Below are positions 1 to 11,392 of a stretch of DNA of 35,565 bases, piece by piece (the first letter of the stretch is position 1; every line of letters begins with the position of its first letter). The stretch is from Tubiluchus corallicola (taxonomy: Eukaryota; Animalia; Priapulida): positions 51,604 to 87,168 of the forward strand of contig JAQGDQ010000857.1 in assembly GCA_030141605.1 (NCBI GenBank). Direction: 5' to 3'. The notes under the pieces are model-generated. The model saw nothing but the letters and a program-made list of their open reading frames with translations, did no database searches and was not told the DNA's origin. The translations under genes and the position numbers were made by a program.

Positions 1-89
1 CTAGTAAAATACTTAAATGGATACTAAAAAATACTAAAAAATGTGCTACTTTTAAAGAATGGCTTACAGAACTAAAGAATTGTTACCAC

Positions 90-540
90 AGTAGCGTAAT
101 TTCGGGTTAGCGCGCTAAGTTTTTCGTCATTACATGCATTTCATCATTCGCTAGTTGGATGTAGTAGCACTTACATTTTGGAAGCACATTGCACAAAAAA
201 CAGGTGCTGTACCTCTAGTTGAGATGTGTTAGTTGTCGCGAACTGCACACATTCGACAGCTCCTGCGTGAGCATGGCGGTAAATCCGAAATTTGAATTTT
301 TTATCTTACATCTTGCCTAGTTTTGGTACAACAAACTGAATATCTTACAGTGTGTAATCTTATATTTTCGAGAGCTCACGGTTGAGCACAGCGGTAAACT
401 TGTGTTATCACTCTGAATATTGTACAGTAGCATTGTACTTTCATTTTCACGAATGCGCGCAACCCACTTGTCATGTGAGGTCATCGCTAGCTGGCCTTCT
501 CCACCATTGTAACTGTAGGATGATGTCACTTCCTCTCCCG
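90..540. mobile_element. Fragment of an interspersed repeat; diverged inverted copy at ~31700-32030 plus ~33574-33600
   Basis: By-eye alignment, e.g. 316-350 CCTAGTTTTGGTACAACAAACTGAATATCTTACAG matches the reverse complement of ~31815-31850. No termini identified. Confidence 0.7.
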
Positions 541-650
541 CAATCACAAAAAAGAGTGCAGCCGAAATTCTAGTCTTTACTAACATGCGTATGTGTGTTT
601 GTGCAACTAATTATTAATATATTACACGGCTACTAAACTTTCCAATTTAC

Positions 651-3136
651 CAACAACTTTAACTGTCTCATAACTGCAACCTTGGACTAATTATAATCCT
701 GTAAAAACAGAGAACTTTGCACTTCCACCCAGCAACATCCAGGAACATAATTGGACATGTTATGACCACATAATCATCGATAAACTACAAATAGAATATT
801 AACGCCTTAATAAGCATATTTATGCAGGCAGGTTACCAATTCGCAAACAAGACAAACGTTTGGACTCAGTTCAAGGCTGGTGCATTAGCCCTGCTTCGGA
901 AGGAGCAGTTGAACTTAACAGTCGAAAATGCCAAGCTAACCAGGAAAGATAAATTTGTATGATCTGACCTGGCCGATCAAAATCAAAGTCACTGACCTGA
1001 TCACAATCAACTAAGTACAGTTGCTGTGCATAGTTTGTAGCTAACTGGCTATATGCACAGTGTTATAAATTATACAAAAAGCAAAAATTTCGTATCGAGC
1101 TGCAGGACAAGTACGTGTGGCGTCTTTTACTGCAATGGCCAAACTATAAACAGCTTAAATCATAACAATAGTTTTAACAGCTTTAGTCATACTACCCATT
1201 TTATATAAAGCAGCTCAAAATGTGACCACAGTTGAACACGGTTTTGAAAGTAAATGACACAAGAGTAAAATATTATGGCAGTGTGGATTTTCTCATAAAA
1301 TGATAAGTACTTGTAAATGTTTCAAGTAACCTTAGAAGCAAAAAGCATTATGATTATGTTCAAATATTTCCTAGCAAACTGGGCTTGGAGAAAACTGTTA
1401 CAACATACAGTTCACAATTACATAATTAACAGATTGTGTACACAATCGTTAAGATCTGCTGCAAAAAACATCTTAATGAACTACCACTGCATGCCCTTAA
1501 ACCAGGGGTGTGCAAACTGCGGCGTGCCGAGAGATCTTGTGCGGCCCGCGAAGAGGTTTGTCAACGTAATGAAAGTGCGGCCCACGCGATCCAGCTGAAG
1601 TCTGCACCAATATCGCAAAGATAGTGCGGGTAGTTTTTTCGTCTAGATCAAATGGCATTAACCCTTACAAGACAGTTGTCACTTAATGTCACTGTCGGAC
1701 ATGACGAAATATATGATTTTTAATATAAATTTTAATAACTTCTAAAATAGTTTCTTGAGTGTAGTAATGATGTGCGCAAATCGGTTGCAAAAAAAATCGT
1801 TATTAGGTCCCACTGTACTTGGCTCCTTGACCAAAATGCATGTGGCCCACAAGAATTGCGGGAATGTTTAATGTGGCCCGGCTAGTCAGATAATGTGCAT
1901 ACCCCTGCCTTAAACAATTATCTCTGATACAACAATATTAAAAGCAGGTATAAACTGAACAAACGAACAATGGTGATAGGCAAAGACAGAAATTATAAGT
2001 AATCATGATTCCAGAATTTCTTCTGCCTTCATAATCACTTACAGTAAAATTTGATTACTTGTCTAAGCTAGTAATGTCTGCTGCAATAAACAAAGATACA
2101 AGCACGTATTGATCACATGCCATTGTTGTGCTTAATCGGAAGATTTCTTAAAGGAAAGGTCAAGCCTTCTTGGAGGATAGACTTATTTCAATGTTTGCAA
2201 AAAATGTTGGAAGGATTTAGTAATAAAACTGCAATAAGCACCTCGTGTAATTAATTGCAATACTGTCTGTAGCAACCAACATGAAGCAACATAAAATGTA
2301 GGTAATTCAAATAAAAATAGTATATGTGCGCTTGCAAACCAAAACTGTCCATAAGTCGGCATAGTTAAAACTACGTTATGATGTTTCAAAGTAGACTGCA
2401 CCAAAAATTTGGTCAATTGCCAATATTTCGTATTTTGTTTAAATACTTGGACTTTTATATTCTAGCATCAAATTACCAGGAAAGTGTTCAGAAACCACCA
2501 AAAATTTAATTTCATAACTCCTTACCCACTTTTCTGTCTAGATGGCAAAAAACAATGGCTGACTTTAAGAACAGTTTTCTGAAGATGATGTTTTTCACTG
2601 CATAGCCTGGATCTCAGCTTCAATATGGTTTCTCTCAGCTTAGAAATAACATAGAGCATGAGCTTGGTATCAAAATGATACTCATGAAATGGAGATTCAA
2701 GGTATGTGAATAACTAGAAGACTTAATTGCCAACTTATGGACAGTTTTACTAAGCAAGCACACATAACACTTTTGTAATTATAAAAACTTAAACCGATAA
2801 AACAGATAAAGAATGAAACATAAATTTTTAGAAACTGCCGCCAAGTTGAACGCTGTTTTTTGTATACCGACACAGAAACAAAAGCTAGATATCTCTTGTT
2901 GGTTATATGTATACATATATAACCAAGGAGATAAAGGCAACCACGTTTTTTGCAATTTCATATAAATTTTAGAGTGGCAGATGCCCAATGAGGGCTAAAA
3001 GGGCACCCCCAGTGACCACATGAACCTTCATACATATATATATAGACAATGGCTTACTGTAGCATTCTAATGTTTTGGCACAGTATCACTTCACTGAAGC
3101 GGACAAAGCATCTCGAAAATAGGCTTATTCTATAAC
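651..3136 (-). other. Candidate small spliced exons downstream of the SAP-like exon (3058-3136, 2526-2638, 2043-2080, 837-935, 651-698), mostly non-coding
   Basis: Each is bounded on the minus strand by an AG acceptor, mostly pyrimidine-rich, and a GTAA donor, e.g. tttattgcag|...|gtaagt at 2043-2080 and tttttacag|...|gtaaat at 651-698. 837-935 and 651-698 have stops in all three frames. No continuous ORF could be built. Confidence 0.45.
1503..1907. mobile_element. Non-autonomous hAT (Charlie-like) MITE
   Basis: TIRs CAGGGGTGTGCA...TGCATACCCCTG; perfect 8-bp TSD CCTTAAAC (1495-1502, 1908-1915); subterminal GYGGCCC motifs. Confidence 0.9.
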
Positions 3137-3321
3137 CTGCAGTATAGCCTGCACTGTACTAACTTGTACTATTACTAGTGGATTTTTCCTTCGTGGTGTC
3201 CGATTTCAATCTGAAACTTGACTAATACCATAGTAAAGAAAACTCATCTTAAAATATCATTAAATGGGATAAAGAAATTATAACGATGACAAAACAAAAA
3301 TAGAATTTAAACAAAACTCAC

Positions 3322-3459
3322 TAAATCCCGTTTCTTGCCACTGGTCTTTAACCCTTTACGTTTTAAAATTGCTTTTAACTGGTTAACAGTTTTGGTGTCA
3401 TACTGCAAAGTGTGAGCAGTGACGTTGTCCGAATTGACATGATTCGCTGTGTGAGGCAT
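3322..3459 (-). CDS. First coding exon with SAP-domain-like motif (MPHTANHVNSDNVTAHTLQYDTKTVNQLKAILKRKGLKTSGKKRDL)
   Basis: AAAATG start, 46 open codons, gtgagt donor. The peptide fits the SAP pattern (TVxxLKxxLKxxGLxxSGxKxDL). Downstream frame unresolved. Confidence 0.7.
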
Positions 3460-3510
3460 TTTCTAAAAAGTTGTGCGATTGGACTAAAAATGAAATGGAT
3501 CGATGCACGA

Positions 3511-3617
3511 AAAATGGCGACGTCATCTGTTGTATGTGCTGCCACCAATGGGACGACGGCAGAAATTAAGCGCTCTGTTGTTTATTAAAGTTGCTTGGTT
3601 ACGCGGTAAACATCAGT
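3511..3617. promoter_or_regulatory. Putative bidirectional promoter: YY1-like AAAATGGCG, CRE-like GACGTCA, CCAAT, RFX X-box, forkhead site, Inr-like TCAGT
   Basis: X-box 3590-3602 (reverse complement GTAACCAAGCAAC), GTAAACA 3606-3612, TCAGT 3613-3617, AAAATGGCG 3511-3519. It lies between divergent ATGs at 3459(-) and 4226(+). A probable MORN3 5'UTR intron runs ~3740-4164. Confidence 0.6.
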
Positions 3618-4225
3618 ACAGGCGGAACCACTGATGATCGAGCCCCGGATTAGGCCTCAGTTTACTGCATGTTCGGCAAAGAAATGAAAGGATTGTTAGC
3701 AGATGATCATTAATCTGTCGTATGCGTTTTTAACCTGTCGTATGTGAATTATAGTTACTTTTATAAAATTTTCTTTTAAAATTGATTTGCTGGCATAATT
3801 TCAGAATGTTTATTACTAATACTATATTATTATTAGTATTACTGTTAATTAATATTATTAATATTACTGCAGCTGTAATGGAAGGAAGAAAGGAATTAAA
3901 AAAGAACCAAGTTAATGAGTTAAAATTTAATTATCTTACGTTAACAAAAACGTTTCCTACTTGCACGACCTTTTTATCTAAATTTAAAGGAGCATCATTA
4001 TCAATGTGTTGCCATACCTGCACTGTTCATAGTACAGCTATCTACTGATAGTAATATAAAATCATTTATATTGTCAAAGTGCTGCCATCTAGTAAATAAA
4101 CTGTAAATTACGTAAATTATGGACTAATACAATAATATGTCGTGTATAGAGTATAATCCTATAGAGCCGTGTTACGCTTCTCTGGAAATTGATGATCTGC
4201 ATATCCATTGTTTCATGTAACAAAA

Positions 4226-4367
4226 ATGCCAATCCTCAAGGCCAGAAAGAAGGAACCTCTGTGCAAGGAATGGACCCGAAAGGCTCAACGTACAGGCTTG
4301 CTGCACACAGTGTATGCTGTCAACGGAGACGAGTACAGAGGTGAATGGCTCAATGACAAACGACATG
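4226..4367 (+). CDS. MORN3: MORN repeat-containing protein 3, coding exon 1
   Basis: MPILKARKKEPLCKEWTRKAQRTGLLHTVYAVNGDEYRGEWLNDKRH, recognisably like the MORN3 N-terminus (W-x-RKAQ...VYAVNGD); donor gtaagt at 4368, phase 1. Confidence 0.92.
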
Positions 4368-4665
4368 GTAAGTATATTTGTACATGATGTTATTTTAGCA
4401 GTAATTTAGTGCAATGATGTTATTGTTCATTGATCATCACTTGGATTGTCATTGGCTATCGATCTCATTCTTGCTGTAAAAATTTAGATACTAAATGGCG
4501 TGAATGGCTGATCATTTTGTTTCCTTATCAATGTGTCTGTTTGTTTGTTTGTTCGTTCATCCATTCGTCCGTCCGTTCATTTGTTCATCCACGCATTCCG
4601 TCTCTTGTGACAGATTGCGACGGATTTTGTGGTAGATTGTGACCTATAACAGATGGTTTTTCGAA

Positions 4666-4854
4666 CAGTTAAATCTCTTTATACGGTCCACTTTGGGACT
4701 TGATCAAGAAAAAGTTGGCATAAACTAGTTTAGCATTATAATGAGGTGCAATAATATCTGTCTATATGCAAAGATGGACGTTTTGTTTTGCCAAATATCT
4801 GGGTGTTAAGCAAGGCTGGCATTATAATGGTGGCACTATAACAAGGTTTGACTG
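4666..4854. mobile_element. pogo/Tigger-like (Tc1/mariner superfamily) MITE, diverged
   Basis: Ends CAGTTAAATCT...AGGTTTGACTG followed by TA; left TA flank mutated. Confidence 0.55.
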
Positions 4855-5642
4855 TATCTAAAGGAAGAACCAACCCACGAACAACATTTATTGCATTTTA
4901 CTATACAATTAAAAATATTGAAATCACCACACCATATATAGACTTAGAATTCTGTGAAGACAAGCTGCTATGAAAGTACGTGTTGAGAAATTTCTACAGT
5001 TCATTTCAGTTATTGTAGCGTTGTATTTAACTGTGCTTATGTGAAAATTAGCATTTAATCAATTATGACCAAGATTAAAGTGGTTACATAGCTTTAACCC
5101 ACAGGATTATACCGTAAAATGTGTAAGTAGTGTACATTAATTGCGTAAATGTAATTTATTTACAGACTTTTGTTGACTTTCAGATACACGTGTAAACTTG
5201 CCAGCATACAGTAGGCAGCGGGTGGGTGACTTAGTTTATAGAGTTCGCTCTACAAATCAAAAAATGATTATTGAAGCACTTGGCATAATAACTGTTTATA
5301 TTGCACAGTAACCAGATGACATCATTCTTCACCAAAATGAGCGCCCCCAAGTGTGAAGTCACGGCAACTTTAAATTGATTTTACTAATTACACGAGATGC
5401 TTATCATAATTTTATTGCTGAAACTTTGACATTTTTCTCAAATATTAGAATAAGCTCAACTTCCCAAGAGACTTGGCCTTTGTTTTAAGAACGGGTCTAA
5501 TGAATTGAACCCAATCTTCCGGCTTTTGTATAGTATTTTCTGCGCTTGTTTTTTTAATCTTCGATTCGCCATCAGAAGAGTGAGTATAAAGCTCTATCCA
5601 CAAGTTGGGGATGCACATGAGAAGTTATGTTATATTTTGTAG

Positions 5643-5800
5643 GTCGAGGTGTCATGAAATACAGCAGGACTGGAGGCTTATACGAAGGCGAATGGAAAAA
5701 CGACTTAAGACACGGCTACGGGACTTACAGTCTGCCGGTAGGGAAGAATGGAAAGATGCGGAAAGTCTATGCTGGTTGGTGGAAAAACGACAAACGACAC
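5643..5800 (+). CDS. MORN3: MORN3 coding exon 2
   Basis: ttttgtag acceptor; (G)RGVMKYSRTGGLYEGEWKNDLRHGYGTYSLPVGKNGKMRKVYAGWWKNDKRH; gtaagt donor; frame consistent. Confidence 0.95.
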
Positions 5801-5875
5801 GTAAGTTGTGCTGGCAAAATTAGAGGCCTCTTGAATGTAGAAATTTGTAATTTTGGCTACTTTCTGGCTTTCCAG

Positions 5876-6266
5876 TAGGGGTGAGCATCGAACGTTCGAG
5901 TTTTTTAGTTCGAACTCGATTTGAATCCGAAACTATAGATTCGAATAATACAGCACTTCAATCACATATGTTCTTTATCACTAAAACGATTGAAACATCA
6001 TGCAATTAGCATAATTTAGCTGTGATTTCTGTGCACAACTTTAAACAAATTACTAGACGTTTTATTGCAGAACAAAATCAAGTGATATGCATGATCTTTG
6101 TAAGACAAATTTTTAATGGTGGTTCGAAAACTTGTTCGAAAATCTTTCGATCTCAAATCGAATTCGGTTCGAATTCGAAACACTGAAGTTCGGTTCGATT
6201 CGAATTCGAAAGTCACAAATTCGGTTCGATTCGAATTCGCTTTCTGGTAGAGAATGTTCAGCCCTA
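5876..6266 (+). mobile_element. Non-autonomous hAT (Ac-like TAGGG termini) MITE, copy 1
   Basis: TIRs TAGGGGTGAGCAT...ATGTTCAGCCCTA; perfect 8-bp TSD CTTTCCAG; many subterminal TTCGA(A) motifs. Confidence 0.9.
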
Positions 6267-7471
6267 CTTTCCAGGTTAACTAGTGGTTTATGGTCATTTT
6301 TGATAAAAATACCGCAGTTAAACATTATGGATCTGTGGTGTCTTATAGATAGTAAATTTTAATTGTGTAAAGAATAAACAACAACATTTAATTCTCATTT
6401 GAAATACAATTTCATTTAGTTGATCTTTTTTAAATAGTTCGCAACCACACCATTCAAAATAGGTCTTATGAGATCTACTTGTATAAATATTTATCAGTGA
6501 TTTAATTGGATAAAATTAAGAAAAATGTGCCCTCTTCAGGCACTCCAACTTAACCTATTGAGTAGCTTGGTCTGGTGTACACTTGCGTGATCAGACACAT
6601 TAATTTATTGATCACCTGCTTGCTACAGCCCAAGCTGTGCAGTGTTCTGCTATTATTCCAGGAAAAACCAACCGATCAAGTAAGGACAAATTAAGGTTGT
6701 TTCATCTTTTAACAGAAATTTGTCCTGAAAACTAGAGTAGACTAGAGGTCAAAGTTTATCATAGTGTTGTGTCTGGATAGTTGAATTTTTCTGCAGTGGC
6801 CAATTTCACACAAGTGATACTGTACATTGTTACAGTGCAAACACTGCAGTTACTGTAAGCTTCTATTTTCCCCGCAAAAATCGATTTTTAATTTGTCTAG
6901 GGTGAGCAAGTGCATTTCGTGTATAATTTTGCATTAAAATCCATTATATGAGGAGTAGAAACCTACAAAAAATATCAGTTATAACATCATGCCTGCTTTG
7001 CGGAAGCAGTTTTTCATGAACCCACGCAAAATGCAGCAAACGCTTACGCTCCTGAAGGAGTTAAGGTCCTGCGGATATGGATAAACTTTGGTGACTGATT
7101 ATATTTTAAAGTTTTAAGTGTTTATTTTTTTTTAATTTATTTCTTTTTAATCCATATTTCAAAAATAATTATTGCTATTAATTACTTCAAGAAATTTGAC
7201 AGTTAATTAGCACCAAAATTTTGGGGGAAAATATTTTGCACAAACCGATATTAATTTATTACGTTCTTAACAGATGGCAGCACGTCCCTGTTTCTTCAAG
7301 ATAATTGCAACCTTAAGCCATGAGTTTAACAAAGTTAATTTGCAAAGCATTTCGTTGATAATCCTGCAGATTTTTATTTTCAGAATGCTTTCTGTCATAC
7401 TTTGATCCTGATGCTTCTTACATAAATAGTTGCTTAGTTTTTATATAGGCCCACTTTCTTACATTGTTTAA

Positions 7472-7926
7472 CCCTTTCAGTCCCAAATTATTTTTAATAA
7501 GAAAATTTTTTTTGGCTTGGTACTTTTGTTCAGTATGTCAATCTTGTTTACACATAATAATTATTTTTGCTACCTGTGCCCACATGCTAAATATAGCCTG
7601 TATCCCACGGGATACATTTGGATTCAATGGAAGCATAAAATGTGCTTCATTTTGCAACTGCTGATAATTTTTTAAAGTATTTAAGACATTTAGTATGCAT
7701 GCTATGCTGATCTGTACAAAGTCGTCTCTAAAGTACTGTACCTTGAGCAGTTTTTAAGCTATGTAAATTTTCTAGTTTGCCATTTTATCACCATTTTTAG
7801 TCTATTGTTATTGGCTTAAATCAAAACAACTATTAACAGATCAAATAACTGTCAGTTTTAAAATTTTATTAATTTTAAAGGTAGAAAATATTCTCGTATC
7901 CCATGGGATATAACGGGTATGAAAGG
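7472..7926 (+). mobile_element. piggyBac-like MITE, copy 1
   Basis: TTAA|CCCTTTCA...TGAAAGG|TTAA; homologous inverted copy at 29763-30196. Confidence 0.85.
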
Positions 7927-7968
7927 TTAAGAACCACTATGAATCTTATTCTTTTCCCCAATTTTCAG

Positions 7969-8128
7969 GGTTTTGGAGTTTTTTACCGATCTGAAACGGA
8001 ATACTACGAGGGAGAGTGGTATGAGGGGAAGCACAGTGGGTGGGGACGCATGGTAGATGAGGAGGACCACATTTACGAAGGCGAATGGGAAAATGGTTTA
8101 AAAAACGGACAAGGCATGCTCAGGTTAT
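7969..8128 (+). CDS. MORN3: MORN3 coding exon 3
   Basis: ttttcag acceptor; GFGVFYRSETEYYEGEWYEGKHSGWGRMVDEEDHIYEGEWENGLKNGQGMLRL (MORN repeats); gtaagt donor. Confidence 0.95.
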
Positions 8129-8230
8129 GTAAGTGTTAATCTGATTGGTTGCATAATGCGATAGTCTGTAGCGTTACATTCTTTAAACGTAAAAAAAGAC
8201 AAAATTCTTAATCCCGTTTTTTTATTCTAG

Positions 8231-8415
8231 CTAATGAAAATCGTTACGAAGGCGAATTCAAGAACGGCATGAAGAACGGACGCGGTTCATTCTATTTCCT
8301 GGACACTGGGCAGCGGTACGACGGAATTTGGTTGAATGACATTCCGAAATGCGGAACCGTAAGAGACTATGGTCGAAGCTCTGCTACAGATCCTACTCAT
8401 TACATCATACGCAAA
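8231..8415 (+). CDS. MORN3: MORN3 coding exon 4
   Basis: ttctag acceptor; (S)NENRYEGEFKNGMKNGRGSFYFLDTGQRYDGIWLNDIPKCGTVRDYGRSSATDPTHYIIRK; gttagt donor. Absent from the ORF track. Confidence 0.95.
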
Positions 8416-8514
8416 GTTAGTATCGACTTTTGCTAATAGGTGGTGCTGTGACAGTGGACTATAGAAAATGTGCTAAATACATCGTGTATTTACGTTAGCA
8501 GAAAGACAAACATA

Positions 8515-8995
8515 GTAGATGAATGGATGGATGGACAATTGGATGGATAGACAGACAGACATGTAGATGGATGGACAGATAGACAGTTGGATGGGTAGAG
8601 AAACAGGCAGGTAGATGGATGGATGGACAGATAGACAGTTGGATGGGTAGACAGACAGACAGACCAAGGTAGATGGATGGATGGACAGATAGACAGTTGG
8701 ATGGGTAGAGAGACAGGCAGGTAGATGGATGGATGGACAGATAGACAGTTGGATGGGTAGACAGACAGATAGACCAAGGTAGATGGATGGCTAGACAGTT
8801 GGATGGGTAGACAGACAGAAAGACTAAGGTAGATGGATGGATGGACAGATACATGGTTGGATGCATAGATAGACTGGTAGATGGATGGATGGTTAAATGA
8901 ATGTGGATACAAGGAGGGGAGAGAAAGAGAGAGAAATAGATTGAGAGAGACGGACAGTCAGATAGTCAGATAGACAGACAGACAGAGAGAAATAG
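8515..8995. repeat. Compound GATG/GACA/GATA tetranucleotide repeat with higher-order ~56-60 bp units
   Basis: Repeated block GGATGGATGGACAGATAGACAGTTGGATGGGTAG in MORN3 intron 4. Confidence 0.9.
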
Positions 8996-9053
8996 AAAGA
9001 AAAATCATGTCTTTTTCAATAATTTACACGTAAATTTTGTTGCTTTTTTTCAG

Positions 9054-9146
9054 TGTGAACTGCGTGATTTGGATGAAGTTGTACTCGATGCTGAGAAAAA
9101 ATTTCTCGAAGAAGTTGAGAAAATAAACTGCAGCCAGGATTCCTAA
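9054..9146 (+). CDS. MORN3: MORN3 last coding exon
   Basis: tttttttcag acceptor; CELRDLDEVVLDAEKKFLEEVEKINCSQDS*; total CDS 738 nt = 245 aa. Confidence 0.88.
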   Translation, partial: CELRDLDEVVLDAEKKFLEEVEKINCSQDS

Positions 9147-9776
9147 CCCTTGCACTGTATTTATCCTTCAGTCAGTATTATTTAGATTATGTGTAGCAAA
9201 TATTAATCATATTATTTGTAATGACTTGTTTACCTGATATGCTTTTATATATACTTTTGATACTGTCATTTATATTTTTGAGTTTTTTAACAATTATGGC
9301 AAATTGTTGAATTAATCTAATATGGCCACGTTGTATTCAGTGTAGGTACTTGTAATAATTATCAGACTATCAAAATTCATGTAGTAAACTAAAATTTTTC
9401 ATACCTAATAATGCATAATAAGTGAGTATGTATACTTTCTTGCTTTTTGAATAATTTTTCCTCGATTATGTTGTATACTTTTATAAGATATCTGTATACG
9501 TGTTGTACGGTTTTAGAGGTTCTTATTTACTAATAACATGTTCTTAGTCTGTTGATGGTTCAAATATTTGTTTACTCTTAAATTCTGGTGTATGTTAACT
9601 AGACAATATTTTTTGCTTTTCAATTTTAAATATGTACTGTTCGAACTGTTTAAATTTGAATTGATTTTTGGAAAAATACCAACAATTCTAGATTCAATAA
9701 TTTATGCATTATATTAACAATAACAACAACAACAACAGTAACTTCACACAAAATGCGTAGAATTAAATTCAACAAG

Positions 9777-9782
9777 TTTATT
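9777..9782 (-). terminator. Probable polyadenylation signal of the VWC gene
   Basis: AATAAA on the minus strand ~550 nt past the stop, followed by a (TTG)n GU-rich downstream element (~9717-9737). Confidence 0.55.
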
Positions 9783-10329
9783 AACTTTGCATTTTAGGTA
9801 ACAATGTGATTACCAAGTCCTAAGTTAGGAAGAATTAGTCAAGCAGTGTACACATGCATAGCCCGCTACGCACAGAACTATTCTAAAGAGTATAAGCTGC
9901 ATAATTATATTTCTTATAAAAGTGATACAATTATACTATAGGCCTTACATTTACAAGTACTAACATATCAGCAAAAGTTGATAATGCACCCAGGTAATGG
10001 CTAGCTAAAATCGTATTTACAATGCCTATGAATGCCACTGAACTGCCATTTTTCAACTTTGAGCCAATATTTTTGGCAAAAATGCAATAAAAATCATAGA
10101 CGACTAGCCAATCGGTAATAAGTCATCGCTGATTGCCATCTTTCTGTTGAAAAGTTCCTAAAAAGCAGAAAGTTTTATCAAAACGCAGAGACAAAAAAAA
10201 TTTAATGTAGACATATTGGAAATTTGCAAGAGTTCGGAAATCTTTTTTGGGGGGCAGTAGATGGCACTACGTAGCTGATTGCTAGAGCCACAAACCAGTT
10301 GTGGCTTTGCAGATGGACAGCATTACACA

Positions 10330-10802
10330 TTAGTACATTTTTCGTCCCTGTAAATTCTGAAATCTGTGCTGCCAGTACGAATAAAGAGATGACAACCTAG
10401 ATCTAGACGAATCAGCATCCGACGATTTCCGAGGTCCACCGGGTTTCTTGCATCGGTATTGTGGACAGCAAGATTTGGGTTTTCCCCTGTTAATTACGGT
10501 GCAGTCGTAACCAGCTTTGGGAGGTGTGCATTTGACCGGTACACACTCTATCCTACCATTGATGCAGTAGCAACTGTCACAACCTTTCTGGAACTTAGCG
10601 CCGTGGTCGTACAAGTGACCCCTCAGGGGACATCCCAACTGCAGTGGTTCGTAATAGGGAATGTACTCCAAATAGCTGTTGTCACCTGCCGGATCACGCC
10701 ACACGCGCGTCATATCCACATCTATTCGTGCTACGGGAGCGGACGTCGTTGACGTCGCTGTAGTTGGTGGTGTTGGTGATGACGTAGTTGTCTGCTCGGC
10801 TG
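10330..10802 (-). CDS. Secreted 4xVWC protein, exon 5 (Thr/Pro linker, VWC4, basic tail, stop)
   Basis: ctttttaaacag acceptor; AEQTTTSSPTPPTTATSTT...CPLRGHLYDHGAKFQKGCDSCYCINGRIECVPVKC...CCPQYRC...KMY*. Confidence 0.9.
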
Positions 10803-11074
10803 CTGTTTAAAAAGGACAAAAAGTTATAAATTGGAACATAAGTCATTGCTAATATTGTTACTAAAATATCAATTCTATGAATGGTCTATATTATTGCTAA
10901 TGATAATATAGTGTGATAAAAGAAAAGCTTTTCAAAGCTTGTCAAAAGACGGCTGGATAAAACTTCTGCACTATTTGTTGCCATCTAGATGTAGTTTGCG
11001 AAATTACAGGCTTTTCAGACGTACAAAAAACATTAACAGATAGGATCAAAAACATCAGTTCAAGTAATACTTAC

Positions 11075-11392
11075 AGCAATCCCAATCGGGACAACAGGTG
11101 CCCTCCTCCCGAACTGGCATGCAGTAGCGACTGGGTGGTCCAGCGCATGACGCCATTGCACACAATGGACTGCCATTATCTTGACAGTGACATATCTCGC
11201 AAGGATCACTGCTGAGGACCATTCTTTCTCCGATGGAGTATTGTCTGCCCGTTCGATCGACGCACTCGCTGGGTCTCCAGAACCGGCGTTCGGTCGTTTC
11301 CGTTACCTCTTCCGTGACCTCCGTTGTAGTTGGGGTGGTGTGAGATTCTGTTGCGCTGGCAGCAGAAGTTTCCTTGAGACCCTCTGCATCTC
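11075..11392 (-). CDS. Secreted 4xVWC protein, exon 4 (Thr/Glu linker, VWC3)
   Basis: ttttttag...gtaagt, 318 nt, phase 1-1; CVDRTGRQYSIGERMVLSSDPCEICHCQDNGSPLCAMASCAGPPSRYCMPVREEGTCCPDWDC. Absent from the ORF track. Confidence 0.92.

Noticed and set aside
955-1062. H/ACA snoRNA or miRNA in the minus-strand intron (CTGTGCATA...TATGCACAG hairpin, second hairpin plus ACA)
   Set aside because: The first hairpin is too short for a pre-miRNA, the H box overlaps the stem, the pockets are unconvincing and the ACA lies too near the acceptor. No clean C/D box pairs were found in these introns either.
3631-3690. Hammerhead core CTGATGA near the MORN3 promoter
   Set aside because: No stem II closed by GAAA and no stem I/III pairing.
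7061-7316. Additional TTAA-flanked Kolobok-like MITE
   Set aside because: TIR match beyond GGT/ACC is too weak and no second copy is present in the window.
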